Source: Heterodontus francisci
Lineage: Eukaryota
DNA length: 64,000 nt
Reading direction: 5' to 3'
NCBI RefSeq assembly: GCF_036365525.1
Contig: NC_090372.1
Location: 16,827,630-16,891,629 of the forward strand
In this document: positions 24,633 through 36,401 of the stretch, piece after piece
How positions within the stretch are numbered: position 1 is the stretch's first letter
Layout of the letters: the number at the start of each line of letters is the position of its first letter
Program-made: the position numbers and the translations under genes
Notes under the pieces: model-generated
The model's input: the letters and a program-made list of their open reading frames with translations, nothing else
The model's database searches: none
Told to the model about the DNA's origin: nothing

Positions 24633-24710
24633 AGCATTATTACCTTAAGAGGTTCAGTTCCTGGAACAACATTCTAAGCTAAGGAAGCTGGTTAATGTCA
24701 TCAGCTCAGT

Positions 24711-26020
24711 TGAAGTGATTTATGACTTTAACCCCTTATAGGGACTAAACCAAATCAGGGGTACATCCCTATGAATCTCCTTAAATTATGTTCAAACCAG
24801 ACAAACTCTTATAGATACTTATTTGGGTCCAAAAAAAATTGAACTAGTTTTCCCTCAAAGAAAGAAAACTAACAGAGAATATTACCATTTTTCGGATAGC
24901 CTATTTTTAAATAACTATGGCTAAGTCATAAATATTGCAGATTTATAAGAGTCTGGGAAACTCTCTTCAATACGTATCTCTCCACTTTAAGAGACACAGT
25001 GGGGGTTCTTGTAGTTGTATACAGAATGCTACATGAGATGATTTATTAACTTTTATATATTTATTAAAGAATTTAACATGCATTACACTTTTAAGTGCAT
25101 AAGTATACTACAATATCAAAGATTACGAAGAGATGTAAAACATAATCTTATTTCTAAAATAGAATCCAAAAGTTCAACCTTAACAATGTTACAGCAAAAT
25201 ATCTTAGAATATCCATCAAAATTCAGAGTAAACTGTTACCTTAAATTCCCCGAGTAAACCTCCTGCTTAACAAAACAAAACAAAACACTCTCGGTTAAGA
25301 GCAGAATTCTCTTGTCACGCAGTCAGCCGTTCTGACCATAGGCTGAGAAGCATTGATGAGGAATTTCAATACCGCTGATTTTTCAATTCAAAACTCTTAT
25401 GTTTATACTGTTCCTAATCTATTAACTCATCTTTTGGAATGTAGGTGTTACCTTTCTGTGCGTGTTTTTCCTGCTTTCGTTATCCATATATGGTAATATC
25501 ATTAGCTACTTATTCCCGATTAATTATCTGCTGAGCGTTCCCTTCTCATGGTGTTGTGAGCTTTTATCTGGTCAAATGTTTGTAGTGTTTTATAGTAACA
25601 CTAAGACTTAACTTTATAAATATGTTTTATACTTAAAAGATTTTTAATTTAATTTGTGCAGTAATTGTTTTTGTAGGTAACATTCCATTTTGTGATTGAT
25701 CATCTGTGATGGTTCTTTGATGGTACCTTGCACCACCTCCTTAAGTCAGTCTGTCTATATCATTAATATTATCAACTAATTAGGATTATAGTTATCAGTA
25801 CAGACCATGTATAGCCTGTCTCATTTAACTTAAAAGGTGTTTCTGGTTCACATTCCATTGTAACAGGGATGTTCATGGATTTTTAACTCTGCCCTTAAAG
25901 GGAATTTCAGTGAGTCTTGGAAACTGACCATTTATTCAATCTTTAATTCTAAAAGGTATAATTTATTAATCATATCTAAATTCTACCTAATTAAGCCTAT
26001 TATACCTATATTTCATCACA
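24711..26020 (-). mobile_element. Probable solo LTR (ERV/Gypsy-like), 1310 bp
   Basis: TG...CA termini (minus strand TGTGATGAAA...AATCACTTCA), perfect 4-bp flanking duplication CAGT at 24707-24710 and 26021-26024. Minus-strand AATAAA near 25042-25065. AT-rich, no ORF. Confidence 0.5.
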
Positions 26021-26351
26021 CAGTGGCATCACTGAACCCTCACCCTTTAGTCAGTTTCTAAATGAGGCAAAGATAATCCTCATAAGTAAAGCCTTTGGTA
26101 TATTTTTTTCTGTGCTCTGCAACTCTTTTAAAGTTTCTCTATTAATCGCTATTAATTCTGCAGTCTCCTACAGAAACCAATGGTTGTCACTGTGCATTCA
26201 CAAGATGTATGTTGGCACACACCACAATGGCGATGTATGTCCATGGCTTTGTGGCTTAGTCTGGCTCTTTATCCAACCTGATTGGCACATAATCAAGTGC
26301 CGATGCCTCTTCACAAATCTTTTCAACTAACTCCAATCTCCTTTTATATAG

Positions 26352-26556
26352 GGCGTCGAAGGCACTGGGTTGGCCTTTATTGTCTTTACTGAAGCTATTA
26401 CAAAAATGCCCGTCTCTCCCTTATGGTCAATTTTGTTCTTCGTAATGCTATTCTGTCTTGGACTTTCTTCAATGTTTGGGAATATAGAAGGTGTGCTGGT
26501 ACCAATTGAAGATTTGAAACTCTTGCCAAAGAAGTTGCCCAAGGAACTTATTACTG
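26352..26556 (+). CDS. SLC6A19: SLC6A19 coding exon 9, 205 bp
   Basis: tatAG acceptor, GTaaac donor. Encodes [68 protein letters not shown] (TM8). Confidence 0.95.
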
Positions 26557-26699
26557 GTAAACACAAACCCTCCATTTACTTATCTATTGTTTCAGCTGTT
26601 AGTCTAGACCATAAAACAACTACTATTATCTCCTATAATAAAACAGAAAGTGCTGGAAATACTCAGCAGGTCTGGCAGCATCTGTAGAGAGAGAAGCAG

Positions 26700-26736
26700 A
26701 GTTAACGTTTCAAGTCAGCGACCCTTCATCAGAACT
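26700..26736 (-). ncRNA. Minimal hammerhead ribozyme motif (intact core) in PLE
   Basis: Minus strand reads AGTT-CTGATGA-A-GGGTC GCT GACTT-GAAA-CG-TT-AACT: 4-bp stem I, CUGAUGA and GAAA core, palindromic AACGTT in place of stem III. Confidence 0.7.
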
Positions 26737-26896
26737 GGCAAAGTTTAGAAAGGTTTTAAGCAAGTGAAGTGGGGGTGGCGGGGGGGGAGGGTGAAAGAGA
26801 ACAAAAGGGATGGTGTGCGATAGGGCAGAGGGCTGGAGAGTGTGCTAATGTTGTGCTGAAAGACAAAGCATTCATGCAGAGAGAGTGTTAATGACA

Positions 26897-27249
26897 GGGC
26901 GGCACAGTGGCGCAGTGGTTAGCACCGCAGCCTCACAGCTCCAGCGACCCAGGTTCAAATCCGGGTACTGCCTGTGTGGAGTTTGCAAGTTCTCCCTGTG
27001 TCTGCATGGGTTTCCTCCGGGTGCTCCGGTTTCCTCCCACATGCCAAAGACTTGCAGGTTGATAGGTAAATTGGCCATTATAAATTGCCCCTAGTGTAGG
27101 TAGGTGGTAGGGAAAATATAGGGACAGGTGGGGATGTGGTAGGAATATGGAATTAGTGTAGGATTAGTATAAATGGGTGGTTGATGGTCGGCACAGACTC
27201 GGTGGGCCGAAGGGCCTGTTTCAGTGCTGTATCTCTAAACTAAACTAAA
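26897..27249 (+). mobile_element. Full-length tRNA-derived V-SINE (HE1-like)
   Basis: A-box tggcgcagtggttagc, B-box ggttcaaatcc, V-domain, CR1-derived tail and (CTAAA)n end. Confidence 0.9.
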
Positions 27250-27484
27250 TAATGAACAGCTCTGTCCAAAAGCACAAACAAGGAAAACCAAATTTAAGGC
27301 AGGCACATGGTTAAAAAATAAGATAAAATAAAATGAAATAATAAAATAATAATAAAAAAGGGCCAGTCATGCTCTTAAATTATTGAACTCAATGTTCAGT
27401 CCGGAAGGCTGTAGAGTGCCTAATGGGAAAATGAGGTGCTGTTCCTCGAGCTTGCACTGATGTTCACTGGTACTATTATCTCCT

Positions 27485-28330
27485 TTTGAGTCATGTTTAT
27501 CAAGCAATCTTACTATTCAATCTCACCTGAAAGCTCCCACTGTCCCTTAGCATCCACAGCCTTCTGGGGAGAGAGGTCCAGAGTTCCACTGCTCTTTGTG
27601 TGGAAATAGTTCTTCCTGATTTCCCTCCTGAATGGCCTTGCTCTAATTTTAGGATTATGCCCCTTTGTTCTTGATTCCCCCACCAGAGAAAATAGTTTCT
27701 CCATAGCAACCCTATCAAATACTCTTAACATTTTAAACGCCTTAATTAGATCACCCTTCAACCTGCCGTACTCAAGGGAATAATGACCATGTTTACCCAG
27801 CCTGTCCTCATAAGTTAAACTTCTAAGTCCCAGTATCATTCCGGTGAATCCGGGCTGAACCTGTTCCGAGGCCATTCCAGTATATCCTACCTGAGCTGTA
27901 GTGCCCAGAACTGAACGTTATACTCCAGATGTGATGTGGCCAAAGCTTTATCCAACTTTAACATAACTTCCTCCTCCTTTTATTCCAGTCTCCTTGAGAT
28001 AAAAGCCAATATTCCATTAGCCTCCTTGATTGCTTTTTGCACCTGTGTATTATCTTTTAGTGATTTGCATACTTGGATTCCAAAATTTCCTTTCCCTTCT
28101 ACGATGCCTAGTTCTCACCACTTAGAAAATACTCAGATTTATCTTTCTTGGGTCCAAAGTCGATGACATCACGCTTGCCCACATTGACCTCCATTTGTCA
28201 TAGGTTTGCCCATTCACTTAGTCTGTCCATGTCCCACTCCAACTTCTGCTCTCATCTGCATTACTGTCCCTCCTAACCTAGTGTCATCTGCAATATTGGA
28301 TAGACAACTCTCTAGTCTTTCATCCAAGTC
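27485..28330 (-). mobile_element. CR1 LINE 3' fragment (degraded)
   Basis: ORF 27513-27875(-) encodes LTYEDRL...SLEYGRLKGDLI...SRTKGHNPKI. Confidence 0.8.
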
Positions 28331-29095
28331 AAGGCCCCGCTTGGCAATGTAAAGGGACTCAGAAAATGCTCTGAGGGCTGAGAAACATGTGTAAGAAAAT
28401 CACCTGGGGTTAGTGGTATTTTCCCTGCCTTGTGGGGAAGCAACTAGTTTAATTTTATTGATATCATTATTTTAGTAGCTGTATTTTAACTTAATATGAC
28501 TTTGTTATAATGAGGTTTTATTTATAAAATATACCAAACCCGTCAACTTTTACCATCCAAGCTCAGAAAGAGCAGCATTTCCAAGCGTAAACATTTATTT
28601 ATTTTTATCGATTCTTGAGTAAAAGTGTAATATAGTGGGACCTATGTCTTTGCTAAACATCAAACAGCCCCAGATGTTGTTATATTGATTGCAGAACTTC
28701 CCAGTTGTAAAAAAAACCCAACATTAACAACATTCAAACTAGTACAAAGCCTGAACTTTAAAACCCAGGCTAAATATTGGAGAGAAAGTTCAACAACTTC
28801 TTTTAAATTGAGTGGACAGTTTCTTTCTGTATCTACTTGTCACATCTGTAAATATTCAGTCTGGTTTCGCTGATAGGACAAAAATCAGGCTATAATGGTT
28901 TGTCAAGCTTCTAGGAACTTAAATAGACTTAACTTACACACATGATTTACTGTTGGATTAAAAACTAATTCACACATATGAGTAGAGGGTTCCAAAAAAT
29001 GTGATTTCCTTTCAAAATAATTGCTGAAACCAAAAATGTTTCTGTGATTTTTAAACAAATACATACAAATATTAATCCAAATGGGAGATCTTAAA

Positions 29096-29847
29096 GGGTT
29101 GAATTTGATGGGCCCTCTCAGGATTGGAACAGAGGTGGCGATGCCTATAAAACTGCGAGGAAGGCAAGGGGGTGGAGTGTCCATTTTCCTGATATCTTCC
29201 AATTTAGTTCTGGGCAGGGAAGGCCAAGGATGGCCTTCCTGCCCAGAGGCCAATTGAGGCCCTTATGTGGCCAATTAAAAGACCACTAAAGGGCCTCTTC
29301 CTGTCCCCATTGGTATTTTACCGGTGGCATTGGGGTGCCTCCGTCACGTGAGAAGGCCACCCAGTAACTCATGGGAGCCTCCATGTGGGCTTGGGGGTGG
29401 GGGCCTCCTCTGTGGGCAACCTGTGGCTCATAGAGGCCCCCCAGTGGCACAGGCTGCCCCTGTGGCATCACCAACTCCTCTGCCCTCATAAACCCACTCC
29501 TCTGACCCCTCACCGGGGCCTGCCTGAGTGGCCCTGGCAAACCCACCCTCACTTACCTGCTGTCCGGGCTCCAGCACTGCTCTTCCTCAAGTGACTGCTG
29601 CAGTTTCAGCAGTAGCCACTGCTGTCGGTGGTGCTGCTGAGACTGCAGATCTGCCAGCCCTCTGGTTGGCCAGCAGCTCTTGAGGGTGGGATCCCCATCC
29701 TTAAAGGGATGGGGTTACGGCGACGGGCAGTTAATTGCCCCAGTGCTGTGAATTGCAGCTGGGGATACGGCAAAGGGCCAAGGTGGGGTTCCCCTCAACT
29801 TTTTGGCCCAGCATCGGGACCCCCGCCGACTGCATTAAATCCAGACC
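29096..29847. mobile_element. MITE with imperfect TIRs, PIF/Harbinger-like
   Basis: Left GGGTTGAATTTGATG, right CATTAAATCCAGACC. AAA on both flanks (possible 3-bp TSD). GC-rich non-coding interior. Confidence 0.5.
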
Positions 29848-30784
29848 AAAGTTTACTTACAATTGAGACCTGTCCCTGTACAATCAGAGAAAATGAGAAG
29901 TTGTATGTAGAGAAAGGATGGGGTAGTTTCCTCCAATTGCTTATGTTAGTGAAAAATAACATGGGGAATCCCACTTTATTTTCACTGATACTTTGTCAGT
30001 AACATTACAGAACAGAGGAAACCTACCTGTGTATGTTATGTCGGGTTTGATTTTCATAAATAGTGCTTTTTTGCCAGGCAGTGGATGGGGGAAGCTCACG
30101 GCCTTCCCATTGGAGGTGGCGTGAGGTTCCAGTCATTTTTATCGTTGGGTCTCATTTGAATAAATTTAGTGAACTGCCAGTGTGAAATATACTCCTTTTA
30201 GAGAGCTCACCAATGAGTGGTAAGTCTGACAGGGCTGGTGTGCAGCAGCACCTTGAAGGGGAAGTGGCGGTGGGGGGCAAGGGAGCAGCAGCTTATAATG
30301 GCTGGGCAAGATTTTTGTAGCACCGACAGCAGCAAGAAGATCAAACATTGAAAACCTTTAAGGCTCAAAACACACGAGTAAACATCCCAATTTTCCTTGA
30401 CTGCAGCTAAGGATGATGTTAAAGTCATCACTCAAATTGACTGCTCCCTGGCTTCTTAGTGAGTGGGAGATTGAACAGGTGGTAGCCATGTGGATAGAGA
30501 TGAAAATGGCAGCGGGAAGCAAAACCTCTGACCCTGATTTCTATTTATTCATGAGCCTGTTTCGGGGGGAGTTCTGGCTGTCAGGATTAAGGCCTGCAAA
30601 AAAAATTCAGAACAGACGGATAATAAGCCATAAGTCAGCTCTTCGCTTTCCCGCCCAAGTTTGTTCCTGATACTGCCTCATTTTTAGGTGGGGCTGTAGG
30701 GAGATGAAAGTCACTGCTCATTGTGTTGGAATGCGATGGTTCTGCTCAGTCGAGCTAAACAAATTCTCGTGTTCTCTCTTACAG

Positions 30785-30944
30785 GCATGATTTGTCTGGT
30801 GTGCTTTTTCATTGCCTTCATATTTGTCTTAAATTCCGGAAACTACTGGCTGGCCCTTTTTGACGGTTATGCTGGCTCCATACCTCTGCTGATCATCGCT
30901 TTCTGTGAGATGACGTCTGTTGTATATATTTATGGCATCGACAG
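30785..30944 (+). CDS. SLC6A19: SLC6A19 coding exon 10, 160 bp
   Basis: ttacAG acceptor, GTaata donor. Encodes [54 protein letters not shown]. Confidence 0.95.
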
Positions 30945-33039
30945 GTAATAATATGACACTTTTATTTGAGTTTCGTTCATAAAAAAAAAATTCTATGTTG
31001 AAGGAGAATACTGTATGTGATGTTTAGCCGAGTTTGGTAAGAAATATGAGGCAGAGACTGAAACAAAGGCAGCAGGCTGCTGATCATAATGGAGCCTTCT
31101 TTATTCCGTTTTACATTCACTTTCCCTTTTGGCTCATGTGTGCATACTAGCCTCAAGTGAACAACATGTACAATGCAATTCTCAAAATACTACACTGTGC
31201 AGATAGTTTTTGCATAGTATGTTCTTGTTCTCTTTACTCCCCTTGCTCCCCTGTCTCCAGTTTCAGAAAGAAGAATTAATTATCATCCCATCTTATTTCT
31301 TTTATTCATGCATTATAAATTATTCAGTAATTCATACATAATTCACTCTAACCAAGTGATGAAGCTCAGCTTTGCAGATGTAACAAGAGTTTTCAAATGA
31401 TGTTTATTTTGATGATACTTTTAAGGTTGCCAGCTCTTGTTGGATGTATTCCTGAAAGTTTCACCACATAACTTCCTCTCTCTAACAGCCCTGCACAGGC
31501 AAACAGCCTTTTTTTCCCATTTCCAATATTTCTATAGTGAATAAACTAAAGTATTCAAAGAATATGTAAAAAAAAACATTTTTTAATGCCCCTGTGATTT
31601 TTCTCCTGGGTTGCTCACAGCAGAGCTCAGGAAATTAATCTTCAATTCCTGGAGACTCCAGGGCAGCCCTGGAGGGCTGGTAACACTTGATGCATTGTGG
31701 CACTATTGGGATTTGCAATTGAGGAAGATGAGGAACACTCATGAATGCACGGGGATAAATTCCATCTCTGTACATCACTGTTTATCATTCTTGTGTTCTA
31801 GGGTCAGATACTATGTTTTATTGAAAAATTAACTTGGTGATTTTGGAAATATTTATGCACAAACTGTTTTATGATATCATTAGGGAGAGCAATTTGATGT
31901 CGGTTACATTTGCTTAGAGACTGACAGTTTCACTGCCTCTTGGAACTCATGGGAGTAATTGTCCAAGTCCATAATGCTGGGAGGCAGTTTCGTCCACCGC
32001 CATTGCAAATCAGAAACGTGCTGACACACTGCCCATGGTTTTCCATCCATTAAAATGCATCAAGTTTCCCCAGTCCATGCACAGAAAATTACCTCACTTT
32101 GTAAGATACTTGGGCAACAAAATGTACCACACACAGTGTAGTCAATTTGAACCCCTGCTGCGTGGGAACAGTGCATGGGAAGGGTTAAAATTGGGGAGGT
32201 GTTCTTACTAGCTTGATGTACCATTTTTATCTCCGTCAGCTTTCCAGGCGGCTAAGGGTCCTGCTACAGGCAGCCGAGCATCTCATTAGTATTTAAATAT
32301 TTGGGTCCGATGATGTCAATTGGACCCCGATGCAATCTTAACTCCTGATAGCCTAGTGCGGGACCTTTCTGGGAAACCAGGATGATGCCCAGATGAAACC
32401 CAGGAAAGTGGAATTTTTTGATGTGCTGTCTTTTCCTAGTGAGCAAGGAAGAGTGGAAATGCTCATCTGAGCTGTATTAGGAAACCTTGGACATTCCCAG
32501 GCTTACCTCACCTTTCCCTGACTTTGTTCTTTGTCGATGTATGATACCAGTGGGAATATGATTTATATTGAGAATTGTTTGGGAGGAAGGGAAGCAGATT
32601 GTATTCACTCTAATCACAGTATCAAAGCAAGAGAAAAGATGAAAAACCTTTAAGATGTAAATTAACAAAAAAACTAATGCATTTCATGATACTTTTAGCA
32701 ATGCTTTGACCCTCAGTGGCTATTTTAACCTTGCACTGTGATTACTACAAATGGACTGATTAGAATTAGTTGTATATCCATCATGCTGTTTGCAAATCTT
32801 CTACAAAGCTTTTTGAAATAGATCATTCTGCACTTCACAGTTGACCGTCCTTTGGCTAAAATCATTTTTATCCACTCATGCCGATACACTTATCATTCAT
32901 GTTTGTTCTTCAATATTTGCTTCCAGTCAATAAAACAACAATGCACTCCCTTTCCCCTGCCTTTCATGAAGGCCTTGATTCCTAGCTGGGGTGTGGGGGA
33001 GGGTTTGTGGCATAACAGCTGATCCCAATCCTGTCCAAT

Positions 33040-34415
33040 TACTGCTTTTCCCACTCACACATCTTTACCTGTGGACTCCTCGAAGGATCTAAGCCTTAGC
33101 TTCCTCCTGTTTCTCGTCTACACGCTGCCTCTTGGTAACATCATCCAAAGACATAACATCAGGTTCTGCATGTACACTGCAATAAAGGCCTGCTACTCGG
33201 CCCGAACCCGATGGGATCAGATGACATGTGTCGGGTTCGGGTCGGGTTGCAATTCTGGGTCCAGCATTCGGGCTCAGGTCGGTTCGGGCCGGATCGGACA
33301 CGCTCTATCACCACCTCAGGCAAGTGACTCTAATGTTAATTTACGTTTTGGGCTTTAAAGGTGGTTTTGTTACAGTTATTTTAAGCTTGTGCAGGTAAGG
33401 AACAAAGTGAAAAATGGAAGGTAAGTTAACTGATGGTTGGGTCAGGTCCAGCACGGGAAAAAAATGGAAGGACTCGCATCGCATCGGGTCGGGCTCGGAG
33501 TCAGATAGCGTTCTGTCGGGCTCGGACCGGGTCTCATTTGCAGACCCGAGCAGGCCTTTACACTGCAACACCCAGTTCTACCTCACCACCACTTCTCTCG
33601 ATCCCTCCACTGCTGTTGTGTTGTCAGACTGCTCGTCCAACATGCTGGATTATCTGCAAATTTCTCCAATTAAACATTGGGAAGACTGAAGCCATTGCCT
33701 TCGGCCCCCACCACAAACTCCATTTCCTCGCCACCTCTATCTCCCTTCCTGGCCACTATGTTGGGGTGAACCAGACTGTTTGGCAGCCTAGTTGATCGTG
33801 AGCTACTGGCCTTATATTCTCTCCGTCGCAAAGACTGCCTCTATAACATTGCCAGTTTCCACCGTATCCCATCTGTGCTGAAACCCAATGTTCTTTTGGC
33901 CAGCCTCCCACCTTGCAACCTCCGTAAATTCAAGTTCACCCAAAACTCTGCTGCCCTTATTCTAATTTGCACCAAGTTCTGGTCACACATCACCCCTGAG
34001 CTTGCTGACTTATATTAGCTTCACGTTCACCACTACCTCAAATTTAAAAATTCTCATCCTTGTTTTCAAATGCCTGCACCCCTCCTGATCTTTGTAACTA
34101 TCAGCAGCCCTGCAACCGTCTAAGAGCTCTGCAGTCGTCCAACTCTGACCGCATGTACCCAGTTCCCTTTGCCCTACCATATGTGCCCGTGCCTTCAGCT
34201 GTATAGGCTTTAAGCTCTGGAATTCCCTCCTTACATCTTTCCACCTTTCCCTCCTCCTTTAAGACTCTCCTTAAAGACCCTCCTTAAAGACCACCACTTT
34301 GACCAAGCTTTTAGTCACTCCACCTAATACTGCCTTCTTTGGCTTGGTGTTCATTTCTGTCTATTATGCTCCTGTGAAGCACCTTGTGACATATTCCTAC
34401 ATAAATGTGCTATTT
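33040..34415 (+). mobile_element. L2-clade LINE 3' region (degraded), host to a hAT MITE
   Basis: Remnants LQLNIGKTEAI, caaaactctgctgcc, and an L2 3' end gtgaagcaccttgtgaca...gtgcta. Confidence 0.7.
33183..33560. mobile_element. Non-autonomous hAT DNA transposon, 378 bp
   Basis: Perfect 12-bp TIRs TAAAGGCCTGCT / AGCAGGCCTTTA, perfect 8-bp TSD CACTGCAA (33175-33182, 33561-33568), clustered subterminal TCGGG/CCCGA motifs. Confidence 0.88.
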
Positions 34416-34850
34416 TATCAAAATTGTTTCATTTAAACCACGAGATAATTTGATTTATTGAGCAAACTGACTTTGAATTAATCGGAGTAGGCTGTATTAT
34501 AAAATACATGAAGTATGTAGCATTGACACTGATGTGAACTGTTTTTAACTGATCTGGTATTCAGCTATCATGCCTGAATTTCAAAATGCCACTTATTTTT
34601 TAAACCAGAATAAATTCATATCTAGCATATCGAACTACAGTAGAACTGACCTGTGGGTTCTAGGACAGTCGCACATGCGTATGTAAGAACTTGGGTCAGG
34701 TGCCAGAGGGCTGGTACCCCCTGTAGAAATGTACTCAACCACAGAAGAAAATGGAACAAAATTGGGAGTGAGTGGGGAAAGCACCAAAAGTGTAATTACA
34801 TCTTTAAAATTGCTCCCACTAAATAAGCCTCATGGTCTAAGTAATTCATG

Positions 34851-35186
34851 GAGAGATACAGCACTGAAACAGGCCCTTCGGCCCACCAAGTCTGTGCTGA
34901 CCATCAACCACCCATTTGTACTAATCCTACATTAATCCCATATACCTGACCACATCCCCACAATTCTCCTACCACCTACCTACGCTAGGGGCAATTTACA
35001 ATGGCCAATTTACCTATCAACCTGCAAGTCTTTGGCTGTGGGAGGAAACCTGTGGCAGAAACCCAAGCACCTGGCAGAAACCCACACGATCACAGGGAGA
35101 ACTTGCAAACTCCACACAGCCAGTACCCAGAACCGAACCCAGGTCACTGGAGCTGTGAGGCTGCAGTGCTAACCACTGCACCACTG
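34851..35186 (-). mobile_element. V-SINE (HE1-like)
   Basis: Reverse complement of the 26897 SINE. Confidence 0.85.
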
Positions 35187-35407
35187 TTTTGAAGGCATAT
35201 TTTACCAAATGCTTGGCTTGGCTATCATTCTGAAATTAAACAATGATGCATTAGAATGAACAAGAAATTTCCACCAATTCTTTTACTTATGAGGAAGAGA
35301 ATGGTGAACATGAAGTTCAATAGTTGTCCATCTCTTGCTAGATACTGATAAAGAGCCTCTTTGTATTTATACATCTGTGTATCTGTATTATGTTATCTAT
35401 TTTACAG

Positions 35408-35570
35408 ATTCAACAACGACATCAAATGGATGATTGGTCACAAGCCAAATATCTTCTGGCAGGCTACCTGGAGAGTCATTAGCCCACTCATAATGTTGGT
35501 CATATTCGTGTTTTACTTTGTAGTTAAAGTGAAAGAGGAGCTGTTATACATCGTTTGGGATCCAGATTAT
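35408..35570 (+). CDS. SLC6A19: SLC6A19 coding exon 11, 163 bp
   Basis: tttacAG acceptor, GTAAGT donor. Encodes [54 protein letters not shown]. Confidence 0.95.
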
Positions 35571-36191
35571 GTAAGTATACTTTTAAATTAATATAGGCCA
35601 ATTTCTCTTAGGAGCAAGTTGAATTTCTAATCAAAAACATGTTTGTAACAGCAATTGCTCCTGCCTACAATTTGCCGTCCGATTATCACTATTTGATACC
35701 TCGGATAAACTGACTCCAGACACTTGTTTTCATGCATACCGACCATTGTAAGTCATAAGGCCTATATTTGAGGCTGATTTTGAGTATGTCAACTTTGTTC
35801 AGACGGTTAGTAAATATTAGTTCTCTAAGTTGGAATGAATTTGTCTTAAGTGGATTAACTAGTAAAACACACTATATTGTCAAACCAACATTTCTGAGTG
35901 AGTATAGAGTGACTGTTCCATTGGAAAAGTACTGGACAGCCCTAATCTGTGCCATTGGTCCCAATTTTAAAGGGGGTGAGCCCCACAGTGGGTGGCCTAC
36001 CCAGGGAATTCAGCGCTGGCTGAATTCTTTGGTATCTCCTCCAAGCTTTGCAGTTACTTTTCTCTATAATAACATTGCTAATGTGACTGCTCAGTCTTCA
36101 GAATGGGCTAAAAAATCTATTGGAAAATCCTGACTGTATATGCACTCTAATTGCATGCTGTGTCTAATTAACTAACTGTGATTCTCAACAG

Positions 36192-36401
36192 GAATATTTC
36201 CCCAGTGTTTCTAAGGTGCCTTATCCTGGTTGGGTGACTGTGATCATAGTAATTGTGGCCGGAATACCAAGTTTGGTCATACCTTGTACAGCCATCTACA
36301 TGCTCATCAGAAACAAGTGCCGGAAGAAGGATGACAAGCAGGGCCTTGTCCAGTCAGCATCTGTTGCCTCACTGAATGGAATAGTCAACAATGGGGTTTA
36401 A
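36192..36401 (+). CDS. SLC6A19: SLC6A19 last coding exon 12 (to TAA stop)
   Basis: caacAG acceptor. Encodes EYFPSVSKVPYPGWVTVIIVIVAGIPSLVIPCTAIYMLIRNKCRKKDDKQGLVQSASVASLNGIVNNGV*. The C-terminus resembles that of B0AT1. Confidence 0.93.
   Translation, partial: EYFPSVSKVPYPGWVTVIIVIVAGIPSLVIPCTAIYMLIRNKCRKKDDKQGLVQSASVASLNGIVNNGV

Larger units (their letters stand above)
26635..27470 (-). mobile_element. Penelope-like element, single arm, 14-bp TSD, interrupted by a V-SINE
   Basis: Homologous to 22455-23020. TSD TACTATTATCTCCT at 26621-26634 and 27471-27484. Confidence 0.88.

Noticed and set aside
26897-26970. tRNA gene
   Set aside because: The A/B boxes belong to a SINE head that continues into the V-domain and LINE tail. 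Multiple dispersed copies exist in the window.
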